Notes under the pieces: generated by a model | Databases searched by the model: none | What the model was told of the DNA's origin: nothing | What the model saw: only the letters and a program-made list of their open reading frames with translations | Shown here: one piece after another, positions 55,011 to 64,000 of the stretch | Numbering within the stretch: position 1 is the stretch's first letter | Layout: each line of letters starts with the position of its first letter | Made by a program: the position numbers and the translations under genes | Assembly: GCA_964016885.1 (NCBI GenBank) | Contig: OZ024742.1 | Location: 125,922,001 to 125,986,000, forward strand | From: Eledone cirrhosa | Taxonomy: Eukaryota | Length of the DNA stretch: 64,000 bases | Direction of reading: 5' to 3'

Positions 55011-55017
55011 ATGTGTG

Positions 55018-55385
55018 TAGTATATTTGGCAGTATACCGCATGTTTAATTAAAAACATTTAGAAGACCATACGCTATCAGTTTTAAAGTAGTGACTATGT
55101 CACTTCTTTTCGACGAAAGAAGGGAGAGAAGCTGAGAGTCTGTTTCACGGTGTTTGGCGATCATCAGAGCCACGCACTCCCTGCTTCCGCCGAAAATTAT
55201 AGAAGCTGGATTCTTATAGAATTCCAGTAATAATCACCGTTTGGTCTTCTGAATATTTTTAATTAAATATACGGTATATTGCCAAATATACTATACATAC
55301 ATTCATGTATACATCGCTATTTCAGAGCACCAATCCTAATACCTAATTTTTGCTGGATAGGCAATCGCTCTGTGTAATCAGCTGT
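55018..55385. mobile_element. Second family C element with a decayed HHR (55130-55171, minus)
   Basis: Homologous to 6765-6990 plus an inverted piece; GGCT-CTGATGA-TCGCC..CCGT-GAAA-CAGACTC-TC/AGCT. Confidence 0.78.
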
Positions 55386-55548
55386 TAAACGGCAAGAGCT
55401 CAGCCGTCGGATTCCAGACTCATTCTTCATATAACCATACTCTACTACAGCAAGTATTAAGTACTTACTGAATCCATCTTGATTTATATATATATAAACT
55501 TTCTAGGTCCAAATCCCATGGTCATTCGTAACCGAAGGGGGTCTTTAC

Positions 55549-55612
<64 letters not shown>

Positions 55613-55617
55613 TATAC

Positions 55618-55684
<67 letters not shown>

Positions 55685-57237
55685 CATTTACTCATTCTTT
55701 TACTGGATATCTTGACTGCAGCAATGCTGGAGCCTGGCCTTCACAGGTTGTTAGAGTGTCATATCAATTCCAATATTTATCTTTTCAGAATGGTACATGT
55801 TTTATCGATTTCTGTTCTACTTGTGTTGTTTTTACCTATATATTGTGAGTGTATTTGATCATACGCGCTTTTAAGTGTATTTGCGATCTATTCTCTTTCT
55901 GTGAAGTATATGTACATTCACGGGTCTGTGAATTCACATATCTAAGTTTGTCTATATATATATATATACATGAATGCATACACTAACACACATATATATA
56001 CAGTCCCAATCTTGTCATACACTGTGGCACACTGAATCTCCCTGAGAAGTTCATTAAGAGTATGCGTATCTGTTGATTGCTCACTCACGCGTTAATTTCA
56101 TGAGCAGGCTGTTCTGCTTATAGAACAGTTTGCATATTCATCGTTGAAAGCGACGAAGCTCCATCGATTTGGTTGGTTTAATCTAAGCATTAGTTGCACA
56201 CTGTAAAATGTTTCGACAGAGAATTATCGGAAAAGAAGCTGGAGGTTTAATAACAAGATTTATATAATAAATATAAAACTCAATTAACATGACATGAAAA
56301 ACAATACTGAAAAAATACTAAATAAGAGAAGAATAATATGAGAAGAATAATGCAAAAGAAAGCAACAACAATAACAACATAAATACGAACATTTGTGTGT
56401 GGTGTATTGACCGGAAGTGATAAAGAAGTGAATAGATTTGATAGTGAACACAGGAAGTAGAGGTGAGAATGAGATAAGTTATTTGTATTTGTCTGAAAAA
56501 AGCTGATAGCCGCATTGAAAATGGATAATAAAAGCTACATTTTTTTTTATTAAAATATATTAAAATTAGAATTTTAATGATTTTACTCTTCCTTCTAAAC
56601 TGATCGTGGCTGTTTCAAGTATCAGATACTTAGATATATACCATTTATCGTATTTTCTCCATTAAATTATACGTTCCAAAATTTAGTTTCATTCTTATGT
56701 TTTTTAGATTAAATACTGAATATCTTTACTTTACCATTCGACATCGCGAGTCGATAAAATAAATGCCAAGCATATATTAATGTTGATTACACCATCTATG
56801 ATCCTATCTTCTTCCTACAATTATTGGTTCTTTTGACTATCTTCCAAATCTTGACAGTAAATTGGCTGAGTCGTTAGAGCATTACGGTACTTATATCGTT
56901 AACAAACTAAAGTATCAGTCCATGGTAGTGGATTGATAGAGTCGTTAGCGCCTCGATATCTGTTCCAGCTCTTTGTGTTCTGTGTTCAAATCTCACTGCA
57001 ACCTACATGAGTGTCAGACTTAATTCGTTTTACACCCGTACATAAGAAAAATCCTTCTTTCGTAATAATTAAAGCCAGGTCTCCGTTTTAAGGAAAGATT
57101 CCTGCCTCATCTCATCAGTTTAGAAAGTTTTGCGAAAGGATTATGGCCATGGCCTTCCCTTCCCATACTAATCAGTAAAGTAAATATTAATATATTATAT
57201 GCTCCAGCCGTGAAAGAACCCGACACACAACCCACTC

Positions 57238-57470
57238 CGATTCCTGGACTGGGTTGTGTGTTGGGTTCTTGAGAAAAACACTTCATTTCACATTGCTCCA
57301 GTATACTCAGCTGCAAACGAGTACCAGCAATAACTATAAGTGGATAGTTAGCCCTGCATTGGACTGGCGTCCTGTCCAGGGGGAATTCTTCTGCTCTCAG
57401 TCGCTTAACACCAAGGAAACCGGGATAGGCACCGGCCTGATCAACCTCCAGGCTCGAAACAGACTTCAGA
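57238..57470 (+). mobile_element. SINE family S2 (V-domain-like), 5'-truncated
   Basis: cttgagaaaaacacttcatttcacattgctccag...ccctgcattggactggcgtcctgtccagggg...; homologous to 19128-19382. Confidence 0.7.
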
Positions 57471-57501
57471 CTTTTAAACAGTTCATTATTATTCCTCCTT
57501 A

Positions 57502-57693
57502 GGGCAGTGGATTGGCAGTATTGGTAGAGGATCGGACGCTATGCTTTGCGGCATACAGTTACAGCCCTTTATGGTCTGAGTTCAAATCTCACCGAGATTA
57601 ACTTTGCCTTTCATCGTGACGAGGTCGATAAAATAAAGTACCAGTAATGCAGAGATAATTGCTGGCCTTGTGCCAAAGTTAAAAAGAATTATC
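57502..57693 (+). mobile_element. tRNA-derived SINE S1
   Basis: A and B boxes, family core ctttgcctttcatc...gtcgataaaataaagtaccag; degenerate TSD at(t/c)attcc(t/g)ccttag. Confidence 0.85.
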
Positions 57694-57921
57694 ATTCCGC
57701 CTTAGCGTATTTCTGTCTACCTGTAAATGTTACGTTGAAGACAATTTTTCTCATTGGTTATATTAAATGTCAAGATTATTTAATTGCATGGATTACTAAT
57801 TTAGATAAATACAATTTAAAATGTTTCATTAATTAATTGCTTATTTTTTGTTTGAAAGTATCATTTGCATCCGCAGACAAATACAAAAACACACAAAACA
57901 CACACACATATACATATATAT

Positions 57922-58107
<186 letters not shown>

Positions 58108-58715
58108 AAACATAAATTATCGAGATTCGCATTTCGGCCCACGAAATAACGAAAACCAACCTCCGAGATGTATGTGCGGCAAGTGCTCAATGATTCAGAT
58201 GAACCAGAGCTATAACAAACGTTAAAGGCCAAACACACTGAGACGATGGTTAAACAATCATTCGCATAGTCAAAAAAACGATCAAGTAATTCGGGTATTG
58301 AAAATTTACCCGGACCCCTGGAAGGTTGGTAAAATCCAGTATATGGGTTTCTGCGGCTCCTAAATCAAGTACCGTCCGCTTACATAAATAATGTCAAACA
58401 TACATATATATATAATCATACATATATACATATATATATAGAGAGAGAGGGGGAAGATTTATATATATATCTGAAGCCACGTGGGTTAGTGTTTAAAGAA
58501 TTGGATTCGCAATCCTGAGACTGTGAGTTCAATTCCCGGTCCAGGTGATGCGTTATGATCAAGACATTTTATTTCACGTTATTCCTTCTGCCAGGAGTTG
58601 CTACCACTAGATAGTAACATCAATGTAAACATTGTTTCCTTCGCCTTGTTTGACGTGTTCCGCCCAACTCGGTGACAGAACGAGGTCTGAGATTTTGTCG
58701 ATCGTTTCTTTTATA

Positions 58716-58767
<52 letters not shown>

Positions 58768-60120
58768 TGTGTGGGGGGGGGGTATGTGGGGGGTGATTTT
58801 GTGCGTATATGTGCCTTTGTGTTTATGTGTATATATATACATATAAACGCATATATTTGTCTCTGACCGCACAGATTTACCTCCCTTACACAAGGCTTTT
58901 TTTATACTTTTGAAACATCCAACCATCAGAAGTAGCCACCGTTCCGGATGTTTACGGATTCAATCGTGGCTTATGGTTAGAGAATATGTGCATCTATCAG
59001 CAAAGTCTATGAAATTACTAGCTTCTTGAATATCAAACTAATAACAGGACCGCAGCAGCTACCAAATGGGGAAGACAGACGTTATCAAGCAGCAGCTATC
59101 ATATTACGTAGTTTCTATATAATAAAGTTAATAAAGCTATTATTATGTTAGAATATGAAAATAACCCACTGTAATTAGGAAGTGTGAATTGTCTAGTCTG
59201 AACTAACATTGTGGGATATTTGAAGAAGGAATGGATCTCCGTTTGTTTCAATGATGATTGTTCCAGTTGTTTGATCAACGGAACAGCCTGCTCGTGAAAT
59301 GAATGTGTAACTGTAGAGAGAGATTCAGCATAATACAATATGTGACAAGGCTAGTATTTTGAATTAAATGTACAGTCCATCTGAGAGACATACAAAAGTT
59401 TCCTTTATCCAATTTCATTCACAAGCTCGAGTGGACCCATTCCTCACCAGACCTGAGTACAGCAGATTTCTTCATAAGAAGGATAGAAAGTAAGAGAATG
59501 GAAGTGAGAAAGAGATATATTGGAAGAACCGACTCCAGTACTAGGCTGGTACTTTTTTTTTAGCGACCTCGAAAGGATGAAAGGCAAAGTTAACTTCGGT
59601 AGGATTTGACCTTAGAGAGCAGAGAGCCGGAACGAATACTGCAAAGCATTCTATCCGACTTTCACTCTGCAAATGTCATAAAAAACATATTCTTTGTCAA
59701 TATCAAAATATGTTCCTTTCACTTTATCTTCGTTCTTTGTATCTTCTACAACAAATCAAAATATTCCATTCTATGGATTCTTTTATTTTTTTTTTTATTT
59801 TTCTTTCTTTTTTTATAATGCTTTCTTTCTTATTTTATCTATTTCACTTCTTTTTTTATGTCAAGATTTTTATTAGTGAATTCTTTCTCTCCCCTTCTCC
59901 CTCCTCTCTCTCTCTTCATATATATATATATAGGGAAAATATCGGTATATAAATATATATCTATTTGTTGACCAATAATCCCACAGCGTAAAGGCACTAA
60001 AATTTCCGAACAGAGGGAACTTACAAGATATTTTTATTGATATAACAAAAAACAAATATAGCGTATAATCAGTTAGAACAATGAAATATTACTTACTTTA
60101 TTTTAGTAATATATACACAT

Positions 60121-60232
<112 letters not shown>

Positions 60233-60921
60233 TTCTCGTCCTCTTACTCTCTCTTTATTATTCTCTCCTCTTTCTCTCGTTTCTGCCCACTTACCCATCT
60301 CTCTCCATCTCTTTCTCTCTCCATTTCTCTCTATTTCTCAATTGTTGATACTTTCTTTCCTAATGCCAATATGAGAAATTACAAATGTTACCAGCTGTTG
60401 CCAATCCATATGTAGTTTGACATTTCTTCTTACTAATCGCTTCTCCATCGCTTGTAGCTTAATGGTCAAAGTAATATCGAACAGGATATTTCACATCGGA
60501 AAACCATGTCGCTACGAGACAATTTAATGGCGATGTCTTCCCATCCTCTTAGGATGAATAAAAAAATAACTAAAATTATTACTGGGGGAAATCGAAAACA
60601 TTGGTTCGATTACTGGGAACTTATCTATATGTTCTAATTATGATCTTTAATCCTTCAACGGGAATTAACAAATACCTAGTATATATGTATATATGTTTGT
60701 ATTATATATATATATATGTATGTCTGTATGTATGTATATATGTATATATATGCATATATATATGTGTGTATATATATATATATGTGTGTATGTATATATG
60801 CATATATATATATATGTATATATATATATAAGCAAAGAGATATTTAATTTGTTGGTAATTCAACAAATTTATTTATAACAGATTCGAAGCACTCAACAGT
60901 TTACCTGGAGTATAATATCAT

Positions 60922-60999
<78 letters not shown>

Positions 61000-61044
61000 A
61001 ATGTAGATAGAGATAGAGAAATCTGTGTGTGTTTATATATCCAC

Positions 61045-61075
<31 letters not shown>

Positions 61076-61189
61076 CATACATACATACATACATAGGTAT
61101 GATACTACACGAAACAATTGATTGAAGATAAATCTAAGGTTCCGGGAAGAATGTGATGGTATTTTTTTATATTCGTGTCAAGATTATTT

Positions 61190-61235
<46 letters not shown>

Positions 61236-61258
61236 CACACATGCACATATATATATAG

Positions 61259-61310
<52 letters not shown>

Positions 61311-61438
61311 TTCTTTATTAGCCACAGGGGCACAAAAGAAGGGGACAAATACAAAGGGGGAAGTTTACATACAATAAAAACGTGTAAAATGTTATCACAG
61401 ATGGAATTTAAAAAGTTAGTCAGATAGATAGATAGATA

Positions 61439-61553
<115 letters not shown>

Positions 61554-62473
61554 CACATGTAGAAATTCGAATTGATTCTTTGTTGCTGATTTTTTTTGTT
61601 TGTTTTTGTTTTTGGTTTACTTTTTGTAAACCCTATAAAAAATATAAAAATAACATATTAACCTTCAGCTGGTTTATTTCCCAAATCTACCCTGTCAATT
61701 ACTAACTCGTTAACAATATAGAAATGCCACTTATATTTGAACACTTCGATTTTGGTTTTTCCAAGTGAAAAAAAAAATTAAATATAAGTATAAAGAAATA
61801 AAACGATGTAAATAAAAAAAAAAGAAACAGGACACCCATCGAAAATAGATTACAGTCGGAGAAAGTATTTGCAGATATAACTTTTCCCCACTCGTTGTTA
61901 GGGTCTTTCTTTTTTCTCATTTTTTTAAATATTTCTATGTTATTTTTCTCTAATTGATTCGTGAAAACGTTTATCCATTCTAGGCAATGAATATTACGGA
62001 AATAAAACGCAATATTTTATATTCCTTGGATTTCTAAATTTTACTCGGAATATTTCTGTGCGTTTCTTTTTTCAACCGCTTTAACAATACTCCTCGAGGA
62101 CATCGAATTGTAAATGATAAATCACGTTTGGTATAGTTGTGGTTGTTGTTGTTGTTAAATTTTATGAAAATATTTAAGTCTTTCGAACAGTTAAATGCTG
62201 TTTTAGGTAAAAGTAGTGTAGTCTCTTAATATAATGGACACCCTAATTATTTAAGGTGTTTTCTTTTGTTTTGTAGTTTAGTTGTAGCTTTTTTGTTGTT
62301 TTATGCTGTTGTTTTTGTTTTGTTTTTTGTTTATTGTTGTTTTTCTGGTAGTCTAACACGGCTATAATTTAGGTTTAAATACGATAGAGACAAATGACAC
62401 AGATGTAGAAATATTTCCCGGTTGTGTTTTCTGTAAAAAGACTGTATAATTAAGTGTTTGCTACCATACTTAG

Positions 62474-62830
62474 GGGCGGCAAATTGGCAGAGTCATTACA
62501 ACGTTGGATAGAATAATTTGTAGTATTCATTTCGGCTATCTGCTCTCTCAGTTCAAACCCTGCCGAGGTCAACTTTACCTTTCATCCACTCAAGGTTGAT
62601 AAAAAAAATAGTACCAGTCAAGTATTGGGTCGATTCTTCCTATACATCTCTTTCTCATTTCATCCCTCTCACTTTCTATCCTTCTCTGAAAGAAATCTAC
62701 TGTATTCAGATCTGGAAAGGATTGGGCTCCGCCAGGTTTAAAAAAGCCCTATAAACGCCGTATATTAATACGGCGCCCATGTGACTCCCTCGGGGGTTAG
62801 GGAACCATGCATGCATGCTACCATACTTCT
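62474..62830 (+). mobile_element. Old composite SINE (S1-like head plus unique tail), copy 1
   Basis: ggcggcaaattggcagag...gttcaaaccctgccgaggtcaactttacctttcatcc..., then a tail shared with 63509-63862. Confidence 0.6.
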
Positions 62831-63508
62831 ATCGATGAGAGCATAAAATAATTTTTAAACTAATGAAATTATAACCATCGTGAGAAATAAAGTTATTAGC
62901 AGTTATGAAACACTTTGGCAGCTATGATGACAACTCTGGACATGTTTCGGTGCTATTGGACCTCCTCGATGAAGTATAATTCTCTCTCGGCTATATTAGA
63001 TGCTATCTCTCAGAATAATCCAAATAACGATTTGTTATAGTAAACTACAGAATATATTTAGCTATTTTAGTCAACACTGTATATATAGACAGATGTAAAC
63101 ACACTATATATAGGCACAGCATTGTTGTGAACAGAAAAGGAGGGATAAGTCAGGTTTGTTTCAAAGCTGTGAAGAGATTACATCGGCGACTGAGTACTTT
63201 CTTTAACTGTAACACTAAGAGCCTAAATAAATCGGATGTATCATACATTTTTAAGCAACTATTTGCATTAATAAATTCCTTGCGCATTAACATTGGTTTG
63301 CTTTAATCCTATGCTGTACTACAGAAAACTTCTACACATTTTAGCCAATACTGCATGTATAGACATATGTGCGATGTCTTCCTTCGTGAGTAGAAAAAGA
63401 AAGATTAGCCGAATTAGTATTAATATTGTATTAGAATTTCATCAACAACCGTGCAGGCTAATATATATGATCCAAAAATGTTTCAGTGGTGACAATTCTG
63501 TGTTTTAC

Positions 63509-63862
63509 AGGCGGTGAATTGGTAGAGTTGTTAGAACGTCGGAGAGAATGCTTTGCGGTATTCGAATTGGCTCTCTGTTCTCTGAATTCTAATCTCGCCG
63601 AGGTTAACATTGCCTTTCATCCATTCGAGGTCGCTAAAAAAAGCTCCAGTCTAGTACTGGGATCGATTCTTCCTCTAGATCTCTTCCTTACTTCCTCTCT
63701 CTCTCTCTCTCACTCTCCGTCCTTCTCTGGAATAAATCTGTTGTATTCAGACTTGGAGAGGAGATGGGTTCCGCCGTTTTGATGTATGCCCTAGATACGC
63801 CGAGTATCAATGCGGCGCTCTTATGACTCCATCAGGAGTAAAGTGTCCATATATGCATGCAT
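63509..63862 (+). mobile_element. Old composite SINE, copy 2
   Basis: Colinear with 62474-62830 including tccttctctg...tgtattcaga...ccgcc...ccta.a.acgccg...cggcgc...tgactcc...atgcatgc. Confidence 0.6.
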
Positions 63863-64000
63863 AGCTATGACAATATTGCCTGTATAATTTCATTTTAAAA
63901 ATTCTGTCATTTCTATGGTGATTTGGCTACTGTTTCTATAGATTTAATCCGTCGCCTGGTTTAAGATCATTACCTGAGGTCGGGATTCTTTTAGACTATA

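Overview
AT-rich, microsatellite-dense eukaryotic DNA. The repeat landscape suggests a cephalopod (Octopus-like) genome, which is inference only. No host protein-coding exon could be supported, and most short ORFs in the track are translations of simple repeats. The window is almost entirely retroelement-derived. It contains: (1) Penelope-like elements (PLEs), namely a near-intact Naiad-type RT plus GIY-YIG element (49905-54064, minus strand, two frameshifts), several RT or GIY-YIG fragments and many inverted pseudo-LTR (pLTR) fold-backs; (2) a full-length R4/Dong-like RLE-type LINE inside a (TACA)n tract, plus an internal fragment of it; (3) RTE-clade LINE pieces, one with a PHD-like finger inside the RT; (4) tRNA-derived SINEs with target-site duplications (TSDs). 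The main hidden signal is RNA-structural. Reading both strands by hand gave about 28 type-I hammerhead ribozyme (HHR) motifs in about 13 sequence families. Several lie in non-coding 311-475 bp tandem units resembling retrozymes. Three of these families share conserved non-ribozyme blocks and a common 3' end joined to (TA)n while their helices differ, and one carries a U3-A8 core covariant. All folds were paired by eye; activity and expression are untested.
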